Shown: piece by piece, positions 24,817 through 37,400 of the stretch
Layout of the letters: each line of letters begins with the position of its first letter
Position numbering within the stretch: position 1 is the first letter of the stretch
Origin: Tubulanus polymorphus
Taxonomy: Eukaryota > Animalia > Nemertea
Reading direction: 5' to 3'
Assembly: GCF_964204645.1 (NCBI RefSeq)
Contig: NC_134026.1
Span: 19,378,150-19,442,149 of the forward strand
DNA length: 64,000 bases
Program-made: the position numbers and the translations under genes
Notes under the pieces: model-generated
Told to the model about the DNA's origin: nothing
Database searches by the model: none
Seen by the model: the letters and a program-made list of their open reading frames with translations, nothing else

Positions 24817-25871
24817 TATTAGTGCACGCACGTTCCGATCATAACGGAAAGTATTTGTGTTGCTAAGTTCGTTATAAATAAACGATGCATCTTTAATTGA
24901 TTAAAACAAAATGTGGAATTCAGTTTTCTAGATCGTGTCAGTCTTAGAAGAAGTAGAAACGCCACAAAAAGGAAATCTATAGAAATGATTTTTTTGAGAT
25001 AATGATGTTTGGAATCAATAGTTCGAGTCAATTTCGAAACTTTATAAAAATCTTAAGCTTTTCTTTCCGGTTATGTATACACACAATGGAGCATTTTATC
25101 TATGACATTTATGCGGATTTTCGTATGTTTCTAGTTATTTTTAGAAAAAAAAGAACTCACTTGGGCTAATTTTTACAGTTCGTACAAAGCTTCCCATGTT
25201 GGGTTCAGTACTATCTCGCCTACATGAGTGAAACATCATATCGGTTGCAATGAAACATGTTTCATGGAACAAACTGCTGAACTTTGATATCTCCCATTCA
25301 AAACTATCCCCTTTTTCCAGTGTCAGTCTGTTGCATGAATCAAGTTATGGTTGGTTTTTCATAGACAAAGTGACTGGCTAATTCAATGTAAGAAAAATCC
25401 ACATTACAAAGATAAACATACTCGGGTCTTTCTATAATCAAGTTTTGGTTTATGAAACCGATCACTCTAATCAATCCAAATTGTTCTATATCTCCCATTT
25501 GATGAATTGACAACAACATGCAATATGGATTCACGGAAAAGAAAATAACTGCGAAGATTGGACCCAAGACGTAAATATTGCTTAATTAAGATGACTAAAG
25601 CATTATTCAGTATACTTGAGAAAGCAAGAGGAAAACAAAAAATCTCAAAACTAGATTTTAAATTTCGGAATTTAATTCCATAAGAACGAATAAATTATAC
25701 ACGGTGAAGGTAAAATGTCTAACATGTGTGTACGGCATTACAATATATTACTAAATTCATTGATGATTTATGTATATATTTACTCGGTAGTACATAACGA
25801 AGCACCTAGAAAGGCACTTATGAAGGCACGACGAATTGAAAACCAATGGAGTGTAAATCAGAAAAAAAGAA

Positions 25872-28800
25872 CTATACAAGAGTTCCGGCGCTCTCGTGAC
25901 AGGGATTCGTCAGTTTTTGTGGCAACAAATTCGAAATGCTTTCGTTCGGGTCGTATCGGTATATTTCTACTTCCGGTTCCCAGTAGACGTTACGCATGCG
26001 CAGTCGCATCGCTTTCGCCAACGGAGCGTTGATGTTGAGGCTCGATTCGTGCCACGAGCTTCTGTTCGAGTTTTTCTTTTTGTACGATTTTAAGTCCGCG
26101 TTTTTAAGTAGTTTCGAAAATCTTCCCGCCACGCAGTCGCTATTCAAATAACAGCGCGTCTGCTGATCCAACGCTTCGGCCATGCCTTTGATATTAACCG
26201 ACCGATTCGACTGGCGATTTTCGATATCGACATTATGAGAATTAGCAGGCAGATTAGAGTCGTCGTTCTGCTGATCGATGTTTAAGTCATTTTCAACCGC
26301 GTTATTCGATCGTTCCGTTGAGCTGGTATCGACCGCGTTACCATTTTCTGTGGCGCTTCTGGTTTGCTGCTGATAAGTGCAATGGTTTTTAATCGATATC
26401 GATTGCCGGCTCGTAGTATATTTATCAACATCTATAGACGGATTGACTGCTACACCGGTGACAGTCGGACTAGATTGTAACTTTTTGATTTGTAATGGGG
26501 CGTCGCCGCCGGGACTTCGCAAACCGATCGGTGATGGGGTACGCCTTTTTAAACATTGTTCTGACGATTGCAATTTTCCCTGAATATTATCACGAGAATT
26601 CACTAAGTTTTCATTTGGTGCGATATTTTGTTTGTGGTCATTCATAACGGCCCGACTATTTTCGAAATCGCGTTCGCGGTTATTAGTGACGGAGAGACCG
26701 GCTATTCCAACACATTTACCGTAGGTGAAGCTTTTACGGGCGCAGCTCGGGGTCGTGGCGGTGACCGAAGCGGCGTTGTATTGCACCGGCTTTGACACGA
26801 CGATACTGGCGTTCGTGAAGGACGGTTTACGGTGCAACGAAGGAAGACTAGCGCGCCGTTTGAGCCGGGGTTGAGTCGAGCTCAATCGTCGCAGATCCGT
26901 CTGCGAAGCCCATGATTTTTCACGAGGCGCATCTTCTGCCGACGGTACGGCTGTTCTCGACGATACCAATTTCGTAAGATCGACGCATGAATTTGCCTTT
27001 TTTCGTTCCGTTAAGTCGCCCAGACCTACTCGGTCATTTCTGCAATCATTTACAAACGAAGGCGTTGTCACAGATTGTTTTAGCTTTCTGTTAACGGCTG
27101 TACTGACACGGTTAACATCCTTGCGGTCGAACGCGGCGGTAACGAATTCGTGCACCGAATCCACGCTTCCGCATCGCTTCATCGTCGTCGGTGACAGGTT
27201 CTTGTCTCCGACGGCGGAAGAGGTGAAACAATTCAGTCGAGGCGAGACCCGTCGTTGAAGTTCTCGCAGGTCCTCCTCGCTCGAATCGCTAGATGGCAGA
27301 GACGCGCGCCTCGCTAACTTTATTGCTTTACAGACCCCGGATGAGCACACGTGACCATGCCCGCATCTGCCGGAACAAGAATCGTTCACATTTTTACCCG
27401 TTTCATCGCCATTTATTTTAGAATCGTTGAAAACATGCTGCGTGCTCCTCATTGGAAGAAGCGTTCGGGATTCTCGCGCGGTTTGAATAGTTTTATCGTT
27501 GGTCCCGTTCGTGATTTCGCGTTTAGGCGCGGCCGCGCACGGATAGGATTTCGCGAACGTTTTAACGATACCGGTAGTTGGAACCGTTAACCGATGCCGC
27601 GGTTGATGGTGCTGCGATTTCATTTCTTCCATCTTTCTCTCGAGCACGGTCTGCAATTGCGTCCGTTGCGACGGCGTGTAATTCTTATTTAACTTATTCA
27701 CTTTCATCAACGTGCTTTTTATTCGACAGGCGCTGTCCGGCGACCGGGCGCTTTTATCTCCGCTATCCGTCGACTCGGAGTCGTAGTCCGTACTAGCGAT
27801 CGAGCTTTCCAGGCCACTATCTGTATCGTTATCTGCCATGAGTTTATCACTTCCAACATCTACATTATCCGCTAAACCGGCGCTGTGGTTATTTCGCGTA
27901 TCTTCTACACATCCGAAGCTGACGTTGTTCACTTTTCGAGTATCGTGGCGATCCAGTAAACGGCAATATTTTAGCGGAATGTATCCCTCTTGGTTTCGCG
28001 AGTTTTTCACGTACAGCCAGCCTCTTATTTCGCCGTGCACGGCTACCATCTCGCCGGCGAAAACGTTTATCTCCGTCTCTTCTTGAGGCGTGAAGTCGTA
28101 CAGGACTTCCGCGGCGACGAACCGGGCTTCTCGGCCTGTTGCTGATTTCATTTGCGTCATCATCGGTCCCAGCGACCTGCAAAACAGAGGAGATGAAACT
28201 GATTAAATATGAATATAAATGAACCATACAACAGTCTCCTGTCAATAAAGATAATCCCGTTCGAAAATAGCTCAGGACATCGTTTCGTGATCTAGTGACC
28301 CGCAAAACAGCGAGGATACCATAGATAAAAACGAACTTCACAACCGTAAAGCAGGCATTAGAATAGTCCCGTCCTAAGAACATACATAACTCAGGACATG
28401 ATCCGTTCACGATCTTCCGCATAAATTCGGAATGAAACGGTTGTAACTCGACGATAAATTCCGTATAGCATGATAAAAATGAGGTTTGATTCGTTTCAAA
28501 CAGCTTCGAGCAAAATATATGCTAAATTAGGGGGCTAAGCATCGATACACTGGAATAGCGACGTCGCGTATATTGGTCAAATACCTTGCTAAAATTCTAA
28601 CTGACCTAGCGGCCACCCTCACTGTTTTGATTTGGAGAAAACATGCGCTGTATACATTATTACCAATTACTCACTATATCCGTATGAATATATATAATTG
28701 GACCGTATATGCGGTCGAAACTGAAAATAAAATCGGTTATGAATACCATGAAATAAGCATATCCAAGTGCGAAACAAGTGTTTAGAAAAAAAAACACGCA

Positions 28801-30547
28801 CCGGCAATTAATTCGTGACTAACCGAGATCGTACTGAATATAGTGCTGTCGGTGTGACATAAAAAATTCGTGCCGTATTCCGAGTGTTGAAGTTTATTGC
28901 GTTAGAATGTCAACAAACTTTTCGCGATTCGCTTGGGAAAATGCGGTCTCGTTGTTGTTTGTACAGCGGTAAAATGCTCAACGTAAATAATAGTCTTTTT
29001 CGAATAAGTATTAATCCGTAAGATATACAAACGTATATAGGTAAACGCGTAAACCCTCGAAAAGTGAATGCAAACGCGCCTCTTTTAAAAGATAGTTCTC
29101 GCTTTCATCCAGGGCTGATGTCGTCGATTTTTTTATCGGAGTAGGTCATTGGAACGTGTGGCATTAAAAGAAAAAGTGATTTTGGCGATAACAATTTTTG
29201 AACACAACTATCCCCGCGTCGGTGAAAGATATTACAATATTTTTGAAAACAGAATGATTGTTGACGCAATGTTTCGGCTGTCATCAAGTGGACGGATCGT
29301 ATAGACCAACAGTCGAAACGTTACGATATTGTAAGGAATTTGATTGAAGAAGAAAATGCGCGGGATAGTTTCATTTTCATTTTTTCTCAAATTGTCAACT
29401 GTACCTTCGCGCAAACTTATTCATAATTCGCTCACACATTTCCCACCCCTGCCGAAAGATTCGCATACATTTTCGCGAGGATAATAGATTTTCTAGCACC
29501 TTTTTCGATTTATATTGCGTGCATCTACCCCTTTTGCGTATTGAAATGTGGTCGTTACCGCTGTCACGCATTTTACACGTTGCTGCCATACATACACCCA
29601 CGATATTTGTTTATATTTCAGTAAATAAACGCGTGGACTTGTATACACATTTACGTACCTTATGAGGACACCTTCTAGATATATAATTTAATCCCAGTAG
29701 TAAATGTTCAAATTCAAAACGATTGACTTCGAAAAAGGGATTGATTTCTCCCATGCGCGAAGTTTGGTGAACGGGGTGATATTACTGTACACCAAGAAGG
29801 AACTTCCATTCACCTTATATTGATAAGTAATGCCAAACTTTACGCGTTCATTCCAAAGGAAGTTCAGTGAACGAGATGTGATATTACTATACACGATATT
29901 TGACCAAAGGAACTTCCATTTACCTTATTTGATCAGTAATGCCAAACTTTACGCGTTCATTCCAGAGCAAGTTCAGTGAACGAGATGTGATATTACTACA
30001 CGATATTTGACCAAAGGAACTTCCATTCACCTTATCTGATCAGTAATGCCAAACGCATCTATTCCGGAGCAGAAACCTCGGTGCTTATCATATTTCGATA
30101 ATCAACTAAAATAACTATACGCGCGATAGAATTGTTGTTACTATACTATTTTTCAGCCAGTTTATCGTATAATCTATTAATCCCAGACGATTTTGACACG
30201 ACAATGCTAATATCAAGTGTAACAACACCTATTATTAGCCAGATTTAGCTCATTACAGGCACCCAACTACGCGATTAACTTATCTTGACCTTAAGTACTT
30301 CGGATTGTATTTATGGCATGTACGATAGTAGAATAAGAGTACTATACCGCATTCGAACTTGATAACGAATATGACAAACATTGTAATATATTTACGACAA
30401 CGATGATTGGAGTGTCAACCTCGAATTGACTTTTCTCGTTGTAAATAAAACTTCGATTTCATTTTCGTAAAGATTTACAACAATCTACGCTGCAATACGG
30501 TGTTGAGTATCTACTCACCAAAAGTTTGTCCCTAACAGGCGATACAT
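25872..30547 (-). CDS. SH3-domain scaffold-like protein (~777 aa): N-terminal SH3 plus long disordered Ser/Thr/Asn-rich tail
   Basis: Main exon 28176-25872 follows acceptor ttttgcag. SH3 motifs VLYDF..QEETEINVFAGE.V....GWLYV....EGYIPLKY. Candidate first coding exon 30547-30519 (MYRLLGTNF, donor gtgagt) is phase 2 and splices in frame. If that exon is wrong, the start is the ATG at 28163. Confidence 0.85.
29776..30060. repeat. Tandem repeat, about 2.7 units of ~105 bp, in the SH3 gene intron
   Basis: gatattact at 29778, 29880 and 29989; aggaacttccatt and agtaatgccaaac each occur three times. Confidence 0.9.
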
Positions 30548-31341
30548 GAAAAATTATCGGTTGACGAAATCGTCCTGCTATATGGCCCTGCTATATGTCT
30601 TTTTTAGATATCCCGCAGCTGACAAGGTTCGTGTGTACTATGAATTTAATTTCACTTTTCTCGTCAGCTTTATATATATATATACACGCACACGATATTC
30701 AATTCGCGCACCTGTTTAATGAGTGATCACACGTCGGTGATTGATGACGACGCCAGTTCGTCTGTCACCCGACATCGGCAAAAGCTGCGCTGCGATGGCG
30801 ACGCGCGCATTGCGCGACCTCAAACAGAATTTCCAAGTGACCCGGTTTGTCACCTTCAGTAATTTCACCCATCCACGCCGTTACTTGCTTTAATTATACG
30901 GAAACAAATTATTTCATTGGGAATTCGGCGCAGAACAAGAATAAGAACATAACACGAGTCTTTTTGAAGTGGACATCGTATACGAGTCTTTTGCTCCATT
31001 TTACAAACATTTCGAACACAGCAAAAAACTATTATCACATACATACAAACACGCGGCATATTATGATTACATGGTTATATCGTTATTTGGTAAAGCTGGG
31101 GCCTTTTCAAGCTCAGGAAATAAGTTCGTTTATTTTCTTAAGAAAAATGGAGAAATTGTGTACCACAGACATGACCTTTGATTTGAATAGCTGCTATAGC
31201 ATGTGGATGGTTCTCATGAAAATATTTTGATACAGGTTTTCAAAAATGCTTGATACCACTCCACGATCACCCTACAAGTTTTTTCTCGTATTATAAGGAA
31301 CAAAATATGTACGAAGATGGCATACGAAGATGGCATTTTTT

Positions 31342-31520
31342 AAGATAAAAACCCACTATTTACAGATTAAAAGAATTTAAAAACAAGAATTTATTTATTC
31401 AATCTAGAATATATATATAAAACACGACGTTTCGATCTCACCCTAGAGATCATCGTCAGGTGTTACGGGTTTTTATCTAATTATCCGTTCACCACGTTTG
31501 AGTGTGGTTATCGTTCTAAT
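31342..31520. mobile_element. Penelope-like retroelement remnant with internal inversion
   Basis: Flanked by direct repeat atggcatttttt (31330 and 31521); inverted gataaaaaccc/gggtttttatc; contains the hammerhead motif; related degenerate copy at ~36970-37120. Confidence 0.6.
31421..31464 (-). ncRNA. Minimal type I hammerhead ribozyme motif in a Penelope-like remnant
   Basis: Minus strand reads AACAC-CUGACGA-U-GAUCUC-uagggu-GAGAUC-GAAAC-GUC-GUGUU: stem I AACAC/GUGUU, stem II GAUCUC/GAGAUC, core boxes, GUC triplet, loopless palindromic stem III. Confidence 0.7.
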
Positions 31521-34257
31521 ATGGCATTTTTTGTTTCATTTATCTGTCTTTATCATTATACACGTTTATCTTATGCATAGAAATATTGAGATTCCAAGTT
31601 TGTGATATGCATCATCGTCACTGACCTTTAAGATTCAGACATTTTGTGTCGAAATATTGAAATCATTAGTTCGATGTATAACAAAATGGGACTCAAGCCT
31701 ATGCAAACTCTGAAAACAGAAAGGATCGAAATTGCATCGGCCTCTTCAAAGGCCATGGAGATTTAATATATTTCCCAAATAGTTTTGCATATTCGATAAT
31801 AAGTAATTGGATTAAGAAAAGACAACAATACGTTTTAAGGATTTACTCGAATAAATCCGAAAATCGGGATATTTAAAATATGTTAATTGTTCCTCGCAGG
31901 GGAATTATTACGGGATAATCGTCCGTTCCTTGATTACGACAAATTCAGTAGTAACAAATCACAACGAAACAGACTAAATTAACACGATTAAACAATCTGC
32001 GTAGACTAATTAACGTGGCTTAACAAATTGATTGACTTAATCCAATCAATTAATGCGCATCAATCTGCCTAATGGGGGCCTATATGTCTCGTTTGAATTG
32101 ATTTAAGTTAATACGATAATTCATATCTAATTTTGATAGTCACAATATTATTATCGATTTGTTCGGTTACGTCTCATCTAGAGATGACAACTGGTTTGAA
32201 TGAAGTGCGCGTAATTCTGGTTGGTGGTTGACATATGTTCCCTTCGCTGAAGCGTTCGTGTGATCCAACCGCTTGTTTATTCAATAATAACCTGAACATT
32301 TTGCGACGAAAGCAAGTCCGCTTTTTCCAATGCTTTATCTAAACCATATGTAAACACACGGATCGACCAAACTATAGCTTCATACGAATTAAATGTCCAA
32401 AGGGAAATCATTTATTATCATATATGGCATATTTTTCCATTTCTTGCTCGTAAAGTGTGCGTGGTACAAAATAGAGCTTGGGGAGTCAATCGATTTACAA
32501 GTATAGCAAAGATGTGTGACTGCATATTGTGCCTATAACGAAAGACATATATACGCAAATTAGAACGAAATTGCCTGAGAGTCAATTGATTTTGATTCAA
32601 ATAACAAGGCTTCAAGTGAAGTTAGACAGCACTAAACGGTGTAACGAAAGCCGAACAGAAGATACTGTGAAATGTTATTCGAAATATTTGCAAAACGCTG
32701 TGTCGGAACGTTCTTCCTACTTTGTAGTAGGTTCTATTTTCCTGTTCAGATATATTTGCGTCGAGGGTTATTTCGTAAAATTAGCGATCGGCTTGTTGTT
32801 TGTTTCTAGAATCGAAATCATTAAGAACAAACAAAACGATGGTTTTCGCTTGACGCGATTTAGAAAAAAAAAATTTTAAAAAAATTCCCGAGATTGTGAT
32901 GAGTAAATTTACCGTTCGTACTTAGTCAGAATATGTTACGGGAGCGATAAATAGATATAACGGTGCATTAGAAATCATAAAAGATTTCCACATTATTTTT
33001 GATTACGTAAGCGATGAATCGTGCAGAGGCGCATTTATATAACTCATTACGTCATCTATTAGACTTTGATTCAGCGCTTACAGACGATAAAAGCTAAAAA
33101 GCATCGATCACGATCAGGAAGTTCCGTATTTGATTTTGCTATTTGCATTTGAATTATTACACGTTTCATGATCATTACGAAGTCTCGTCTGATGCGAGAA
33201 ACCACGCGCGAAGTGAAAAATGATGACCGCAGTTGTTCGTCGGTGGTGCGGCGAAAACTTCTGCCTTAAAAAATCATCAATCAACCGAGGAAATCGGTTG
33301 ATGTTTTGGCACTAGACGTGATTGTTCCGCCATTTGTGAAATAATGCACATTTTGTTATCGAACGAAGTGGTTTCGTAAGCCTCGAGTTCCAATATCACA
33401 GTTTTTTTCGATCATCGGCATAAACTATAGTTCCCACACCCACTGCATGGGTAATATTCATAAAGTCAGTACTGAATATGAGTCAAAACATTTTAGCACA
33501 CATTTCCTACAAGATCTCACTGAAAAGACACCTACATTTAGAAAGATGCAACGTAAGCAGGCTTAATCAAGATAAGTGTATAAATTGATTGGTGGTTTTT
33601 TGGAGGACACATCACGGTTACTAGGTGGGGTGTTTCGTGTTGATGTGACAAGTCTTTGGTCCTAAACTGTGGGGAGGTTTTAGCATAGTTTAAAATGTGA
33701 ATAATCACAAGGAGGCATTAGTTTTAGATTTGTTAAAGAAAATCATATACAAAACATCATCAGCCATTTTGGAAGATGTTTCCCTCTGTGAGGGATTTGG
33801 TGAACTAGGATAGCCTACCAGTGCATTAGTATCCCTATCAAACAACCAGTCGAAGACTGTTAGCCATCCATCCTGCTAGTCGTACAATAAGTCTAGGGTT
33901 TGGGTCTACTCTCAGTACTGGGCTTGTGCATGATAAACGTGCACACTATTTTCGTGGTTATCGGAGACTTTCAACACGTTGATTTTCGTGGAAATTACCA
34001 CAATGACACGTACGTATCGGAAGAGAAACCTCTTCAACCGCAACAAGGCAACTCTCTTGCCATAAAGCTGCAGCTTCGAGTTCCATCAATAATATACGTT
34101 AATTGCCACGAAAATCATCGCTAAATTTCGATACTTAACAAATCTTGTAACCCATTAACTGACATATATAGTCATCAAATATTTACCTCTATCAATTTCA
34201 GAGATTTTTCAGGAACGCACTGGATAGTTTCAATCGTGTCGAGTAATATAGGGCCCA

Positions 34258-34434
34258 CAGCGGAACCTCGTTACAGCGAATTTCACGGGACCAGAAAATA
34301 TGTTCGTTATAACCGATCGTTCGTTATATCCATGCAGTATGAAATTAATCAAATTTTCATGCTTCGGAAAAAAATCTCATTTGTTATATGCGATGAATCG
34401 TTGTATCCGAGTTCGTTATAACGAAGTTCCACTG
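34258..34434. mobile_element. pogo/Tigger-like MITE
   Basis: cagcggaacctcgttacagcgaa ... ttcgttataacgaagttccactg; related to 54230-54379. Confidence 0.65.
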
Positions 34435-37400
34435 TTGCATCATGTATTTTTGGTTAATACATGCGTATTGTAGATGCTGTCAGCCTGATCGATTCATTTC
34501 GTAGTATAAAACACATGGAACTTATGATGTTAGGCCTATATTTATATAGTACAAGGACGGCCTGAGCAGCTGAACGTATATACTTTTGAGATATTCATTT
34601 TCAACGTCAAACATATGGGCGTAGGTGCGCAGAAAAAGGCAACAAAACACTCAAAACATGCTGCGGTGTGTTTTAGAGGGTTTTTGAACTACTCCATCAT
34701 CAATTCATTTCCGCCAAACGAACAGGGGATCTAATGCATGTGCCATTTCACCGCCCTTATCATTTCGCCCCTTCTCTTCCTTTAACAAGTCACCCGTTGC
34801 CACTTCACCTCTGCCATACGAAGGGACGAAAAATAGAAGGGCAAATTTGGATTAATTATTGATTATAGGAGGGTGAAGCCTAAATGAATATTTGCGGATA
34901 AGTCAACTTTTCAGTTGACGAATATTTGCGTATATAAATAAATCATAAATCATAGATTAATGCGCGGTAGTATGTACTATGATGAAAATAATTCACTAAA
35001 CATGTATCAATTGCGTATATCCGGGATTAACTAATCAAAATAACAGATGCTCTTCGATATTTTTAGATTGAATGAATTTAATGCCGGCGCGCGCGCAGAT
35101 GTTTCGTCGAGTATAGTAACAACCATCAAGTGGACATTTGACGGAGATGGCTCTTGACGCCATTCGATTCAATCATATTTGAATGCATTATGTCCATTGA
35201 TTTTTATAGGTTTTACACTGTAATAAATCAGTAAACTTTCGACGAAGTTCATTGAATTTCATGGACGCAGTCTTACTAAATAATAAATTGACCGTCTAAA
35301 TCGTACTGCCATTCTGGGACATCTCACATTGGCAAATGTATCTGAGTAACTATCGCGAAACCGAATCGATTATTCGCAGTTTGAAAACAAACAAAAAACC
35401 CAACGACCAAATTAGAATCAGACAAGTTCGATCTCTACCTCCAGTTGAGACCATTTGAGTTTTTCCATTAATCATGTGTACGTATATGGACAATTTTTTA
35501 TATTCGGCTAATGTTAGTTAGCGTGGGAGATTTTGCACGCCCTATACACGCAAATTCGATCTTACGGAACAAGCTGCGACGAGTTACAGACAATCGCAAT
35601 GCTGACTCAAGGTACATCGGTACATCGATTTCTGATTCAAAATCTAACCCCCTGTTTTGATCCCGACAGGAATGGTGGGTCAAATTAGATCGTATTATAT
35701 CAATATGAGTAAAATCCTACGATAAATGAATCGATAGCTAAAAGTGAAAAAAAGTTTATTTAATATATTAGAAATACTTCGGGTGGTTGCTACTTTAGAC
35801 TGAAGAAGGTTGGCAGCAGCCACCCGAAATATTTCTGACATTTTGAAATACACTTTTGACCTATTAATTCATTTATTGTGGGATTTTACTTTTATTCTTA
35901 TTGTTTTATCACATATGTTGTCATCTACAACTGATTCGTATCAAATGAAATCATATCGAATCAAATCAAATCAAATAAAAAGAGGGACGATCATCCCTAT
36001 TTCAAGAACTAAGCAAACGCTAAATCGTCATTTTGCTTTCACCCCATTCAAGAAAAACGACAATAAAGGCGTTAGTAACAAAAATATACATTCATTATCG
36101 TTATGCTTTCAGCCGTCATAACTTGGGATCTCATTAGACAACAAATAAATGAGTATATATTGCTTTCTTCAGGGGTGAAATTTGATTGTATACATTAGTC
36201 GTTTGTGCCACAGTTTTAGTTACATGGAAGCGGACACTCTTACATTTCGCTTTATTAACCCCGATACCTTTGAGAGGTTAATTCGATCCCGGAAGCGTCG
36301 GTTGGCACGCATATAGCACCGAATCACGCGATGCAGCCTAACGGCATGGTGCACACTTCTGAACAATGGCTAGGACACGATGGCGATGAGGATCAGCTTT
36401 TGAGAATTCAATCGAACGAAAACCCAAACCGATCTAAGTATTCATTCAGACTAATGTTGCCAGGCTATCACGCGATTATTACCGATTGAATAATAACCAA
36501 ACGTAGTAATTATGTTGCTTATAATATTATTATTGAAAGGCGCACTTCTGAACTGCCTTCGAGTGGATGGATTTCTAGTAACGCGTAAAAGTATTGTAAT
36601 CCTCTCTTTCTAATCAATAAAGGGTGAATATGTACGCCCAGGCATGTTCTTTCTAAGCTAATGACATGTTTAGTGATAGATATGAGATTAATATGGATTA
36701 ATTTACTTTCTATGCTTCCGGTGTAGGCCTATTGAATTCACCGCATTGACATTTACATACGCCTCACTAATCCTTAAACGAGGTTATGTAGAAACATATA
36801 CAAATCCTCATCAGGACTGGGATTTATACCCCGCTCTGATATAGAGCCATTTTTTAAATCTGAAGCGACAACATTCCTCCCCCCCGAGAGAAATGACAAT
36901 GTTATGGTGGATGTACGGCAGAGTGGCAGAGCTTGAAGTTAAATAGAATTGTTTGTGTGTGGAGGTACATACCCGACGATGGTCTCTAGAAGCCAAAACG
37001 TCGTGAATTTTGATTTTAATTCTTGACAGATATAATGCGATTTTAATCTTATAAGTTCTATATAGTGGGTTTTAATACTTATTACCTGTTCTCCACGTCT
37101 GAGTGTGGCTATTCTACCATATCTAAGTTCACAAAAAATTCTTCTTCAGTTTGTTTGCATTACAGAAATAAATCCGAGGATCGGAGATCCCATCCGAGCC
37201 AGTTAATGATAAAAATGATAATACGTGCCTAAATCCAGCAGAGCTGCTCAGAGCGCTTTACATTTTTCTGTATTATTACCCCAGCCATTTGATACTCCAA
37301 TATGTATCGATCATCTCTCATCGGGGAGAAGTAAAACCCAGTAACGTGTATAAATTTGTATGGACTCTTTTCAAGATTCAAACATTCGTATATGTATAAG

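Noticed and set aside
27889-28422. 177-aa ORF overlapping the SH3 exon in another frame
   Set aside because: Crosses the splice acceptor into intronic sequence; the SH3 frame explains the region.
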